This document shows, in pieces, positions 9,527 to 19,303 of a DNA stretch of 64,000 nucleotides (its first letter is position 1; each line of letters starts with the position of its first letter). Where the stretch lies: positions 4,257 through 68,256 of IMG/VR virus record IMGVR_UViG_3300020044_007580, one strand, 5' to 3'. The notes under the pieces are model-generated. The model had not been told where the DNA came from. It saw only the letters and a list, made by a program, of their open reading frames with translations, and ran no database searches. Origin of the DNA: a virus. The position numbers and the translations under genes were made by a program.

Positions 9527-11030
9527 TGTAACCGTCAAGTTTTCTGACTGGATGCAGTTTCAGCCCAAACAGCTGGAAACTGTGCGTCATATCGTACCTC
9601 CAGATGGTGACTGGACAAAGCAAAAAAAGTACATCTTCATGGGTGGCGCAAAGGGTGGTGGAAAGACTGCATGTGCAATCGGCGTCGCCGTGCTGGTTGC
9701 TCTGAAAAAGCCAGGCATCAAGATAGCCATAGCAAGAAAGACGGTGAAAGAGTTAGAGCAGCAGGTCATCCTCGAGTTCTTGTCAAAATTCCCGGACTCA
9801 CTCTACACGTATTACCGATCTACAAATACAGCTGTATTCCACAACGGCAGTCGTATCAACTTCATCTCATTCCAGTATCCAGAAGATGCTTTGAAGGAGC
9901 AGGGTATCGAGCGCCAGATGTACATATTGGATGAGGCGCCACAAATGGAAGAGACGATCTTTCCCTTGCTGCGTTCGTCCATGCGTAACCCACGCATCGA
10001 TGGCTGGAGGCCATGTATACTGTTTACTGGCAACCCGGGTGGCGTTAGCGACAACTGGTTCAAGACAAGATTCATAGAGCCCGACTATGACGAATGGGAG
10101 CCGGACGAGTTGCTCGAGAAGGAATTGTACGCCTTTGTGCAAGCAAACGTATACGACAACAAGTACTTACGTGATACGGACTATGTAACGCAGCTGAAGG
10201 GTTTGCCGGCGCACCTACGCAGAGCGTACCTAGAAGGTAAGTGGGGAGACTTCTCGGGGCAATTCTTCGAGGAGTGGAATGAAAGTGTGCACTTCCTGAA
10301 ACCCGATGAGGTCTTTGACATCCCTGACAGCTGGATCAAGTGGCGCAGCATTGACTTGGGTCGTGGCAAACACCCGTCAGTGTGTCTGTTCTTGACGCAG
10401 GACCCTGTCTCTGGGTCCATATACGTGTATCGAGAGATCGGCCACATAGGCAGTATTGTTGAGTTTGTAGGTGCAATCCGTCTACTGTCTCCGCCAAACG
10501 AGACATACATCCAGACGTTTGCAGACCCAGCGATGTTTGCCAAGGACAACTCAACCTACGATACTACCCAGTTCTTTACCAACATGCACCTGGAGCCGGC
10601 CGACAACTCTCGACAGATAGGCTGGCGGAACATGAAGCAATGGATGCATTGGATCCCGCCAACTGAAGGATCGCCAACAATCCTGCCTAAGCTGCGGTTC
10701 TTCCCGTCATGCTCTGGATGTAGAAAAACTATACCGAGCCTGCGATACAAAAAGAGCGGAAGCGTTGACGACTTAGACACTAAGGCGGCTGATGACTACG
10801 CCGATGCACTCCGATACGCACTGATACATCTGGCGTATGGCTACGTGTATCAGGGTAAGAACAGATACGTGCGAGGAATGCGCGACACGTATGCTCCGGA
10901 CTATCAGGAGCTGGATGGTGGGCGGATCCGTAATGAGCACAAAATACTGCCATCATACTCGTCGTTTGACAGCGGGTACGATATTGAGACAGAAGACGGT
11001 TATAGCACATCCATTTACTCCTACTATTAG
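9516..11030 (+). CDS. terL: Terminase large subunit
   Basis: Walker A GGAKGGGKT, Walker B YILDEA, coupling motif TGNPGG, nuclease IDLG...DDYADALRY. Confidence 0.95.
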   Translation: MMNSVTVKFSDWMQFQPKQLETVRHIVPPDGDWTKQKKYIFMGGAKGGGKTACAIGVAVLVALKKPGIKIAIARKTVKELEQQVILEFLSKFPDSLYTYYRSTNTAVFHNGSRINFISFQYPEDALKEQGIERQMYILDEAPQMEETIFPLLRSSMRNPRIDGWRPCILFTGNPGGVSDNWFKTRFIEPDYDEWEPDELLEKELYAFVQANVYDNKYLRDTDYVTQLKGLPAHLRRAYLEGKWGDFSGQFFEEWNESVHFLKPDEVFDIPDSWIKWRSIDLGRGKHPSVCLFLTQDPVSGSIYVYREIGHIGSIVEFVGAIRLLSPPNETYIQTFADPAMFAKDNSTYDTTQFFTNMHLEPADNSRQIGWRNMKQWMHWIPPTEGSPTILPKLRFFPSCSGCRKTIPSLRYKKSGSVDDLDTKAADDYADALRYALIHLAYGYVYQGKNRYVRGMRDTYAPDYQELDGGRIRNEHKILPSYSSFDSGYDIETEDGYSTSIYSYY

Positions 11031-11031
11031 C

Positions 11032-11343
11032 ATGGCAATTTCAATGACAAAGACGGCAAAGCCGTACGACATGTCCAAGGCCAAGGAAAAGCCTAGCCTT
11101 CGTGGACTGTTTTCTACTATGGTGATCAAGCCCGGGAAAGAAGCGCCGGAAGAAATGGGCAGCGAAGAGGAGTACGAAGAAGAAGGCACGGAGGAAGAGG
11201 GCGAGGAGATGTCAAAGGAGGAGCACATACAGGCGGCCATGGCATCGGCATCCGAAGCCAAAAGCGCCTTGAAGTCAGAAGATATATCTGGAGCCATGGA
11301 GGCTCTCGATGCTCTTGAGTCACATCTTGAAAAGTGTTACTGA
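11032..11343 (+). CDS. Hypothetical protein, basic N-terminus and Glu-rich core
   Basis: ATG one base after the TerL stop; C-terminal part of the 10837-11343 ORF. Confidence 0.7.
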   Translation: MAISMTKTAKPYDMSKAKEKPSLRGLFSTMVIKPGKEAPEEMGSEEEYEEEGTEEEGEEMSKEEHIQAAMASASEAKSALKSEDISGAMEALDALESHLEKCY

Positions 11344-11349
11344 TAACAC

Positions 11350-13311
11350 ATGAAATACAAAGTACGGGACTTAAAGTTGAATGGACCTGTATCTAAGGCG
11401 TTCAACAAAATAGATTACGGCCAGGTATTTACTAATGTCATGTATGACATAGAGCGCGTATACCCGTACTTTGCCGACATACACGCCAGATACCGCAGGA
11501 ACGTCAACTTCTATGCTAACTACCAGTGGACGTCTCAAGAGCTATATGCACACCAGCGGCAGTTCCGCATCCCTTATGTCTGGAACAAGATAAGCCAGCA
11601 AATCAACAACATCCTAGGTACGCAGTTACAAACAAAACTCGATGCAACGGCTAACCCAATAGAGCCGGGGGATGAGGCTGCCGCTAGTCTTTTGAACAAG
11701 TTAATCAAATGGGTAGACCAGCTTAATGATATAGACAAGATAGAGGCTGATGTGTTCAAGGCCGGTCTGCTTGGTGGTATGGGCGCAACGCAAACAAGGT
11801 GGGAGTTTTCAGAGTTGCATGGAGGATACCCAGTCATTGATCGTATCCCGTCATACCAACTTGTGTGGGATTTGAATACTACGCAGATGGACTTCAGTGA
11901 CACTCGCTGGATGGCGAGGGTAATCCCAATGACGCGGGCTGAAGCATATGAGACATTGCCGGAATTTGCCGAGCAAATAGAAGCTGCCGACCGGACGTAC
12001 GCTCATGCATATTACGTCATGAAGCAGGCGTTCACTCCGTTGCAGGCTGTATCATTCGATAATATCGGCTTATCATCTTCGGCTAGAGATCTGATTTACG
12101 TTGTCGAGCACTACGAAAAAATAAGGCAGTTCCGATACATAGTAGTCGACCTCATAGGCAACACTGAGCCTATGTCATATGACACTGAAGAAGAGGCCAA
12201 CAAATACTACCAAGGGTTGCTGGAAGGATACATAGAGGGCGGGCAGCCCATTATTGACGAGCGTGGCAGGGACAATGTCTTTGTTGCGGAGATCAAAAAG
12301 GATTGTTACCTACAGAACCTTATCATCGGCAACCACTGCGTGCAGTCTGAGATGACTGACTTGCCGTCATTCCCGTACCAGGTGTTCTTTGCGAATCATG
12401 TGGATGGTGATTTCTGGAGCTATGCGGACGCCTTGATCAGCCCACAACGGTTTATCAACCGCATGGTATCTGAGTGGGACCTGCAGATTGGACGTGCCAA
12501 CAAGCAGTTTGCTACCGTCATTGAACACAAGTTGGCAAACGGCTGGGACTTCAATCGGTTTATGACTGCGCGATCGCAGACTGGCGCCGCTGTCCCGGTA
12601 CAAGATCATGCAGCCATACAGTTCCATCCAAATCAACCTGCACATCCGGATATACCTAAAGTACTATCCATGAGCCAGGGGTTCATGATGGAGTTGGCTG
12701 GTGGTGCAAATGCGCTAGGCATGCAGGAAAATGCCGCTGAGTCGAGCAAGGCCGTACGAGCGCGGCAAGCCGCAGCCGGACTAGCTAAGCTGCCCATGTA
12801 CGAGAACTTGATGCGCTGGCGTAAGAGTCTCACAGAGTCTGTTGTCTGGTACCTCAAGCAGTATCTCGAAGACGCACAGGTCATTCGGATTCTAGGTGCT
12901 GACGCAAAAGCAACATTTATCCCCCTCGAACCTGGGGATCTAGATACAATCAAAGCATCGCGCACCGATATTGCTATTGGCCAAACCATCGATTCTGACA
13001 TTTCTCGAGAAGAAACTCTTTCCGAGTTGCGCGAGTTCTTCCAGTCAATGCAAGGCGCAATACCGCCTAACGTTGTGTTGCCAATCATGATCGAGCTGTC
13101 TACCGGTATCCCGAAGGAACTGAAGGAGAAGTTGCTGTCACAAATAGACTTCTACCAACAGTGGACTCAGCAACAGACGCAACAGCAACAACAGACGCAA
13201 CAGCAACAACGGGCTTCTACCCAGGTAAACACCGAGTATATGAGAGAGGCAATCAAGCAGGCAATGCAGCAGCAGAACCCGCAGAATCCAATTGTTGAAA
13301 GGATGCAGTAG
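11350..13311 (+). CDS. Portal protein (P22-like)
   Basis: 653 aa after TerL; FY..YQW, PYVWNKI..IN.ILG, P.EPGD..AA..L and SSKAVRARQ patterns; Gln-rich C-terminal barrel. Confidence 0.9.
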   Translation: MKYKVRDLKLNGPVSKAFNKIDYGQVFTNVMYDIERVYPYFADIHARYRRNVNFYANYQWTSQELYAHQRQFRIPYVWNKISQQINNILGTQLQTKLDATANPIEPGDEAAASLLNKLIKWVDQLNDIDKIEADVFKAGLLGGMGATQTRWEFSELHGGYPVIDRIPSYQLVWDLNTTQMDFSDTRWMARVIPMTRAEAYETLPEFAEQIEAADRTYAHAYYVMKQAFTPLQAVSFDNIGLSSSARDLIYVVEHYEKIRQFRYIVVDLIGNTEPMSYDTEEEANKYYQGLLEGYIEGGQPIIDERGRDNVFVAEIKKDCYLQNLIIGNHCVQSEMTDLPSFPYQVFFANHVDGDFWSYADALISPQRFINRMVSEWDLQIGRANKQFATVIEHKLANGWDFNRFMTARSQTGAAVPVQDHAAIQFHPNQPAHPDIPKVLSMSQGFMMELAGGANALGMQENAAESSKAVRARQAAAGLAKLPMYENLMRWRKSLTESVVWYLKQYLEDAQVIRILGADAKATFIPLEPGDLDTIKASRTDIAIGQTIDSDISREETLSELREFFQSMQGAIPPNVVLPIMIELSTGIPKELKEKLLSQIDFYQQWTQQQTQQQQQTQQQQRASTQVNTEYMREAIKQAMQQQNPQNPIVERMQ

Positions 13312-13964
13312 TGGCGTACGAATGGGACTATACAAAGAAACGTACCAAGGTTATCCCTCGAACAAGAATACCTATTGTTAACTATTTGCTTGAACTGTTT
13401 GGCATAGGGCCTGAGATACAAACAACTGGCGGATCTAACCCGGCGCTATTAAACAGGCCGCTGAACAAAGACAAATCGCACCTCATTTCTCAGAAACTTG
13501 ACTCATTGGATTCTGTTTTTGTTGATGCTTCACGAGAGACCGGGACACCTGTCGAGTGGTTGAAAGCCACGGCCATGCAAGAGTCTGGCGGGAATGCAGA
13601 CATACAGCCTAAACGTAACAGTGCTGATCGTGGCATTATGCAGATCAGAAATCCTGTATGGGATTACTATCGAACTAAGGGAAGGTTGAAGTTTGGGCAC
13701 AAAGAGCAAAGCAATCCTATAGCGGGAATTTACGTTGCAGCTAGATACTTCGCAGATATGAGAAAGAGAAACCCCAAGTGGACTGCTGATCAGATAATCA
13801 GTGGCTACAACAGGGGTGAAACGGATGTTAACGCAGACATAAGGCGTGCGGCTCAAAGAAACTCAAAGTACGATGCTGGCAAAACAGAGTATGTAAGAGA
13901 GTGGAATCAGAAGTACAACACGGTCGATAGTTTGGAAAAGTCACGGCGTCTTCCTCCTAGATAA
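13311..13964 (+). CDS. Lytic transglycosylase (SLT domain)
   Basis: AMQESG catalytic Glu motif, GIMQI, GYNRGE. Confidence 0.85.
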   Translation: MAYEWDYTKKRTKVIPRTRIPIVNYLLELFGIGPEIQTTGGSNPALLNRPLNKDKSHLISQKLDSLDSVFVDASRETGTPVEWLKATAMQESGGNADIQPKRNSADRGIMQIRNPVWDYYRTKGRLKFGHKEQSNPIAGIYVAARYFADMRKRNPKWTADQIISGYNRGETDVNADIRRAAQRNSKYDAGKTEYVREWNQKYNTVDSLEKSRRLPPR

Positions 13965-14047
13965 AATATTGCCAAACTGCACATAGAAGCAGTTTTGAAC
14001 AGATAATTGCACAGCTATAAGCACCAGTAAACTATACTAGCAACACG

Positions 14048-14896
14048 ATGGCTACGGTGGCAGACTCAAGAGATCAAGACGAATCAAGGCGAAAGCTGTA
14101 TATGAGATTAAAGCCATCCTATATACAGAAGCTCGCTGAAGGAATGCCTAGGATTATGCAGAATGCGGATGCTGGTGAAATTCCGTACCCAGATTTTACT
14201 GCAAGCAATACTCCTGCTCCAACAAAGTCTGGAAAAAGTAGCGATCGCGGAAGCAAAAGCAAAGGCAAAAGCAATGATAGTGCTGTTGAGTCGTTGAAAA
14301 AAGGAAGTGCAAAGTCCAATGCCGCACTTAATGTAGCGACTAGCATAGTAGACTTTTTGAAGTCTCTTGGCGAAGACTCTAGCTTTTCGTCACGTAAGCA
14401 GCTGGCCAAAAAGTATGGCATAGAAGGCGAGTACACTGGCAGTGCAGAACAGAATACGGCAATGCTTAAGGCGGCTAAGTCGAGCTCTGGATCGTCGCGA
14501 TCTGAGAATGCGATCGAATCAGGCCCTAAGCCTATGCTTGGTAATGATGCTTCGTCCAGACCGGCAACTATGCCTGATGACAATTTTAGAGTCAAGAGGA
14601 TGCGGCCTGATGAAATGCCTCCTTCAGACATGCCGGAAGCGACTGACAGCATCGGCAAGCCTGTGCCTCCGTCTGTTGACACAGAGGACATGGCGCGGAT
14701 GGATATAGATAGGCAGCTCCTCGATCAAAATCGAGAGTTCGTGACGCAAAAAAGCCTGGCAGATGGAACGTGGAAGTCCTATACTTCATTCATCAAGCAG
14801 ATGGTTCGCGATGGAATGTCGCTACAAGACCTGCCAAACTTCATGGAGTATAGCAGGGTGAGTCCAGAACAAAGAAGCAATGATGAGTATAATTAG
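14048..14896 (+). CDS. Largely disordered protein with DUF3597-like cell-wall-binding segment
   Basis: SIVDFLKSLGEDSSFSSRKQLAKKYGI..YTGSAEQNTAML matches the DUF3597 pattern as I recall it from endolysins. Confidence 0.7.
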   Translation: MATVADSRDQDESRRKLYMRLKPSYIQKLAEGMPRIMQNADAGEIPYPDFTASNTPAPTKSGKSSDRGSKSKGKSNDSAVESLKKGSAKSNAALNVATSIVDFLKSLGEDSSFSSRKQLAKKYGIEGEYTGSAEQNTAMLKAAKSSSGSSRSENAIESGPKPMLGNDASSRPATMPDDNFRVKRMRPDEMPPSDMPEATDSIGKPVPPSVDTEDMARMDIDRQLLDQNREFVTQKSLADGTWKSYTSFIKQMVRDGMSLQDLPNFMEYSRVSPEQRSNDEYN

Positions 14897-14944
14897 CCAA
14901 GCTAATTATTTAGCAAATTAGGGTCAAACAAATCAAGGTGCTAT

Positions 14945-15961
14945 ATGCCGATAGGTAATGAGCCAGAAGAAGTGGAAGAACAAATCCCCACTGAAGGCGA
15001 GGAAGAAGCAGTTGTCGAGGAGCAAGAGGTAGAGGACGGTGCTGACGAGCAAGAGACGGACGAGGCTGACGACTCAGTCGAACAGGATGAGCCAGACGTG
15101 TACGAGGTCGATGTACCCAACGATGCAGGTGGGTATGATACCGAGCAAGTGAACATCAACGACTTGCCGTATATCCTCGCTGGAGCAAGAAAGTTGCAGG
15201 CAAGAGAGCTAGAGCTTGAGCAGCAACAGCAGCAGTTGTCGCAGTACAATGCCTTGCTGAATTTTGTGACTACTGACAGTCTGACTAAGGCCATCGCGCA
15301 ATACAGACTTGAAGGTGTCTCGGAATTTGAGGCGATTGAGGCTGTATACAACTACTACTTGCAAAACAATCTCGGCAAAAGTATTGCTGAGGATCCTGAC
15401 TTAGACCCTAAGGTCCGAGAGCTGCAGGATAAGGTTCGCAAGTACGATGAGTTCTTTGAAAACCAAGAAAAGACGCGCAACATTGATGAGAACAACAAGT
15501 TCCTAGCGCAAGAAGCTATCAATCTAGGGTATAGAATTGACGAGCAGGACTTGCCAGTAGTCATTGATGAAGCAAATCGGGTTGCCTTTCAGCTTTTTTC
15601 TGAAATCGCTCCCGATATACCGCCCGATCAGTTTACAGCTTTGAGAAAAATTACACCCGGTATAGCGAGAGCTATATGGGATGAGACGTCAAGGAGACTG
15701 AAGGGAAGGTTGGGCGGTGAACAACAACAACAACAACAACAAAACACCCAGCTTGTGAGGAAGAAGATGGCAGCACAAAAGATGCAGCAAGCAAGCATAT
15801 CGAATAAAGAAAAGAAACGTCCTACGCGCATCATATCTGGTAAAAAGGGTACAGATGTAACGTCGGCCAAAGCAACAAAGTCAGTTCCGTATACGCCAAA
15901 GGGCTCAAGCAGCAAAGACCGAGCACAAGCACTGAAGGCGTTATTCGGGTCAACAGAGTAA
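14945..15961 (+). CDS. Capsid scaffolding protein
   Basis: Acidic N-terminus, coiled coil, basic C-terminus; directly upstream of the MCP. Confidence 0.8.
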   Translation: MPIGNEPEEVEEQIPTEGEEEAVVEEQEVEDGADEQETDEADDSVEQDEPDVYEVDVPNDAGGYDTEQVNINDLPYILAGARKLQARELELEQQQQQLSQYNALLNFVTTDSLTKAIAQYRLEGVSEFEAIEAVYNYYLQNNLGKSIAEDPDLDPKVRELQDKVRKYDEFFENQEKTRNIDENNKFLAQEAINLGYRIDEQDLPVVIDEANRVAFQLFSEIAPDIPPDQFTALRKITPGIARAIWDETSRRLKGRLGGEQQQQQQQNTQLVRKKMAAQKMQQASISNKEKKRPTRIISGKKGTDVTSAKATKSVPYTPKGSSSKDRAQALKALFGSTE

Positions 15962-16015
15962 TCGGGTTAGTCCTGTGCGGAAAAATAGCCTAAGTTTTTT
16001 TTAAGGAGTTCTTAG

Positions 16016-17305
16016 ATGCCAGATGTTTATACCTTCCGTAGAGGACTACGGACAACCGAGACGGTCAATCCGGACAATATCATGCCGGATATCGACGATA
16101 TTCTGTATCGTGCCGATCCCACCAAGTCGCAGCTTTCCAACATCCTGGATCAAATCCCGGGTGGCAAAGAGCCGAAGACCAAGAAGATACAGGTTCGCCT
16201 GTACAATTCGTTCGATCCGTTGGACGAGATTACTGCGATCACTCGCGGTACTGCTGGCAACGGTGAGACGCGTTATGCTCGTTTGACGATGGCGCAGCGC
16301 GCTGTTCGTGCAACGACTGACGACATGTTCTATCAAGTAGGCGATACCATCGCCCTTGACAACGGACAGAACGTAACCGTTGTGGCAACGCCCACGAAGT
16401 CCCTGACGTATGCACTGCCTAATGGCGGTCTTACTACGGCGCTTACCGGCAACTCTGCTACGCTTACGTCCCCTGGCGACATCGTTGTTCGCAACGTTGA
16501 CAACGCGCCGATCCGCACTGGCAACATCCAGTGGGTACAATATTTGGGACACACGCTGTACGAAGGGGAGCCGGTCCAACAGGCCAGCGTGCAGCGTGAT
16601 GTGTATTTCGATGCCAACTACGTTGAGCACCTTGAGCGCGTTATGGAATGTACGGAAGACGAGACGAAGTACATCCAGACGTACGGTGTCAAGCAAGACA
16701 TGCAGTTCCAGAAAGAGGAAATGCTCCAGGAGATCAAGCAAGATGTTGAGCTGAAGTACATGTTCGGTACACGCGCACTGCAGCAAGACATCAAAAACCA
16801 GCCCAAGCACTTCATGGGCGGTGTACTGTGGTCTATCCGCTCCAACGTGTCGGTCTACAACCCTTCGGCTGTTACGGACTATGAGAAGCTTATCCAAGAC
16901 TGGATGGTCAATCATGTGTTCCGCTTTACGCCGAATGGTATGGAGAAGACGGTGTTCTGCGGTGAAATCGCGCACCTGAACTTCATGCGGGCATTTAAGG
17001 ACTATCGCCGCATTGAGCTCACCAGCAACAAGAAGATGGCAGCGGCTGGCATTGACGTCACGACGTACAAGCTCGGTATGCGCACGATTAATCTTGTTGA
17101 CTATCGTCACTTCCGCCTCGGTACGAAGTGGGAAAACTGGATGGTTGCACTTGACCTTCCCGAACTCGAGAAGCGCATCAAGACCAACTATACAATTCGT
17201 GAAGCAACTCTCCCGACTGAACGTGTGATTCGTTATGCCGTAGATTGGGAAGGCACATTGGCTTGTCACCGCGAACAGTGTCACGCAATTTTGCGTACAG
17301 CATAA
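16016..17305 (+). CDS. Major capsid protein
   Basis: 429 aa after the scaffold, strong RBS (TAAGGAG), strong codon bias, EIKQDVELKYMFG...HFMGGV pattern of HK97-fold SU10/DUF5309-like capsids. Confidence 0.85.
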   Translation: MPDVYTFRRGLRTTETVNPDNIMPDIDDILYRADPTKSQLSNILDQIPGGKEPKTKKIQVRLYNSFDPLDEITAITRGTAGNGETRYARLTMAQRAVRATTDDMFYQVGDTIALDNGQNVTVVATPTKSLTYALPNGGLTTALTGNSATLTSPGDIVVRNVDNAPIRTGNIQWVQYLGHTLYEGEPVQQASVQRDVYFDANYVEHLERVMECTEDETKYIQTYGVKQDMQFQKEEMLQEIKQDVELKYMFGTRALQQDIKNQPKHFMGGVLWSIRSNVSVYNPSAVTDYEKLIQDWMVNHVFRFTPNGMEKTVFCGEIAHLNFMRAFKDYRRIELTSNKKMAAAGIDVTTYKLGMRTINLVDYRHFRLGTKWENWMVALDLPELEKRIKTNYTIREATLPTERVIRYAVDWEGTLACHREQCHAILRTA

Positions 17306-17340
17306 CCAAAGAGTAACACATTTTAACAAGGAGAAAAACA

Positions 17341-17865
17341 ATGCGTTATATTAGCTATGCCCAGAATCTCGCGCTCATTACGGTAGACGGTACTGTAAAG
17401 TACAAGTTCCGTGATGGAGTCCTTGATCTCGGCGCAGGAGTCGTCATTGACCCTGATTTGTCTGGTGTTGCGTCGTCAAAGCTTTTTGACTTCAGCAGCA
17501 CGTTTGGTGATACCAGTACATCTTTGGCTCGCGCTGGTCAGGGGTACTTGTTCTGGGAGGCACCGATCTTCACGAACTCTACAGCCTTGTCGAACAACAA
17601 GCACTACAAAGTAATCACCGGCAGCATTGTCTATAACAATGCGACATACACAGTAGGCGAGCGTTTCTTCTGTGTATCTGGAACGACAGCGTTCACCGGA
17701 TCTGGTTCCGTGGCTCTTGATGTTCCGCAGGAATACTACATTCCGAATGAAGTCAGCTTCCGCAAGGAATCCTTCAAGAAGATTCATCTCATTAAGGGAG
17801 ACGAAGCATCTTGGAGCGACGGCATCTGGGGTGCAGCAGCAGAGAACCCGGCAGATACGAACTAG
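17341..17865 (+). CDS. Probable capsid decoration/auxiliary protein
   Basis: Follows the MCP, strong RBS AAGGAG, followed by a terminator. Confidence 0.55.
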   Translation: MRYISYAQNLALITVDGTVKYKFRDGVLDLGAGVVIDPDLSGVASSKLFDFSSTFGDTSTSLARAGQGYLFWEAPIFTNSTALSNNKHYKVITGSIVYNNATYTVGERFFCVSGTTAFTGSGSVALDVPQEYYIPNEVSFRKESFKKIHLIKGDEASWSDGIWGAAAENPADTN

Positions 17866-17872
17866 AGTTAGC

Positions 17873-17907
17873 AGGGGCAGGGCTTGTCGGCCTTGCCCCT
17901 ATTTTTT
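17873..17907 (+). terminator. Intrinsic terminator
   Basis: AGGGGCAGGGC-TTGTCG-GCCTTGCCCCT followed by ATTTTTT. Confidence 0.8.
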
Positions 17908-17927
17908 GTTTCATATAGGGAGCAGTA

Positions 17928-18461
17928 ATGAGTGACGTGCCAATTGAAGAAGGTATCAAGCGCCGAGGTAGACCGAGCTTAAGTCAGGCAGCCAAATCGC
18001 CTGAGCCGGTGCCCGACGTAGCAGACGAAGAGATTAGCGTTGCATTATTAGATGTGCCGAATCTCACAGATATCCCTGAAGACGAGGACTCCATAGTAGA
18101 GGATCGTCTTATAGGTTATGATCCTAAGCGAAAGAGCTATCGATTTATTAGCCCGGTCCCATCTCTGATCATTATGTTCAGGGTACCAAGGGTGGATCGC
18201 AGCGGCGAGTACGTGCTTACGCAGTTGGGCGACAAAGTATATGACGAGTTTGACGCCAAGTTCCGCAACGGAATGTTGATGGCTGCGCCAGCTATGGCAA
18301 AGCTGTTGATGGCTCACAAGTCGTATGGAGGCCAGTCAGAGAGTATCACTGGCAATGCTGACCCACTGTTCTACCTTGACAACTATCCGCAGCATGAGTG
18401 GAAGGTCATCAAGGAGCGAGAACAGTTCATCACCAAGGAAGAGAAGGCGTATGAAGAATGA
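17928..18461 (+). CDS. Hypothetical protein (KRRGRP AT-hook-like motif)
   Basis: 177-aa ORF with GGGGAG RBS. Confidence 0.7.
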   Translation: MSDVPIEEGIKRRGRPSLSQAAKSPEPVPDVADEEISVALLDVPNLTDIPEDEDSIVEDRLIGYDPKRKSYRFISPVPSLIIMFRVPRVDRSGEYVLTQLGDKVYDEFDAKFRNGMLMAAPAMAKLLMAHKSYGGQSESITGNADPLFYLDNYPQHEWKVIKEREQFITKEEKAYEE

Positions 18462-18723
18462 GGATGATGATGACGGAGTGTCTACGCTTGAAGCTGGATG
18501 GTTTGTCCTCAAGAACTCTGGTTCTTTGTACCGTATTTATTCACTTATCAGAAAGGCGTTTCCCGTGAATAACTGGAAAACAACAATCAGCGGTTTGGTA
18601 GGAGCGACGGTAATCATTGCCCGCCTGTTCGGGTTTGAGATTCCTCCTGCTGTATCTGAGGGCATCATCGTGGTGTCTCTGTTCCTTGTTGGCAAGTTCG
18701 CTGCAGATGGCCAGCCGAAGTAA
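18451..18723 (+). CDS. Probable holin
   Basis: NWKTT motif followed by two hydrophobic helices; TAATG-coupled to the endolysin; start uncertain (ATG 18451 or GTG 18565). Confidence 0.65.
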   Translation: MKNEDDDDGVSTLEAGWFVLKNSGSLYRIYSLIRKAFPVNNWKTTISGLVGATVIIARLFGFEIPPAVSEGIIVVSLFLVGKFAADGQPK

Positions 18724-19202
18724 TGTCATTCTACGACAACATCTCCAAAGAGCGCCTCGCGTTGCTCCATCCTAAAGTCAGGGATGAGGCTCAGTCGTTA
18801 GTGCAAACGATCTGGGACATGGGCATTAGGATGCGCGTTACGCATGGTCTACGTACTCGCAAGGAGCAACAGACCTTGTACAACAAGGGACGTACGACCA
18901 AGGGACCGATTGTCACCAACGCAATGCCAGGTAGAAGCTATCACAACTATGGGCTAGCTTTGGACTTTTGCTTGCTGAGAGACGATGGCAAGGCAATCTT
19001 CTGGCTTAAAGCGGATCAGAACGCGGACAAGAAGGCGGACTGGGCTCAGATCGTTGATGTATTCAAAGCTTCAGGATGGGAGTGGGGTGGTGACTTCAAG
19101 TCAATCAAAGACTACCCGCACCTTCAGAAGACGCTTGGATATACTACGGCGCAGCTGTTGGCAAAGTGGAACAAGACGCAAGCAACATATTTAGATCTAT
19201 AG
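18723..19202 (+). CDS. Endolysin, M15-family L-Ala-D-Glu peptidase
   Basis: R..EQ..LY..GRT, SYHNYGLALD, WGGDF..DYPHLQ. Confidence 0.92.
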   Translation: MSFYDNISKERLALLHPKVRDEAQSLVQTIWDMGIRMRVTHGLRTRKEQQTLYNKGRTTKGPIVTNAMPGRSYHNYGLALDFCLLRDDGKAIFWLKADQNADKKADWAQIVDVFKASGWEWGGDFKSIKDYPHLQKTLGYTTAQLLAKWNKTQATYLDL

Positions 19203-19297
19203 CCATCGCGGGTCATCGATGGTAGACGATGCAGTAGGTACCGCACAACCTATTGCTCCCGACTCGGCGCAGCATGACCCCTGCGCCGTTTTATTTT
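19202..19297 (+). promoter_or_regulatory. Three-hairpin RNA element ending in an intrinsic terminator, with loop-loop complementarity
   Basis: CCATCG/CGATGG; GCAGTAGGT/ACCTATTGC; CGGCGCAG/CTGCGCCG followed by TTTTATTTT; loop 1 GGGTCAT is complementary to loop 3 ATGACCC. Confidence 0.65.
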
Positions 19298-19303
19298 ATA
19301 CCT

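Noticed and set aside
10837-11031. N-terminal extension of the 168-aa ORF overlapping terL
   Set aside because: The ATG at 11032, just after the terL stop, is the more plausible start
16046-17341. 431-aa antisense ORF opposite the major capsid gene
   Set aside because: In-register shadow expected from the strong codon bias of a highly expressed gene; no RBS or recognisable motifs
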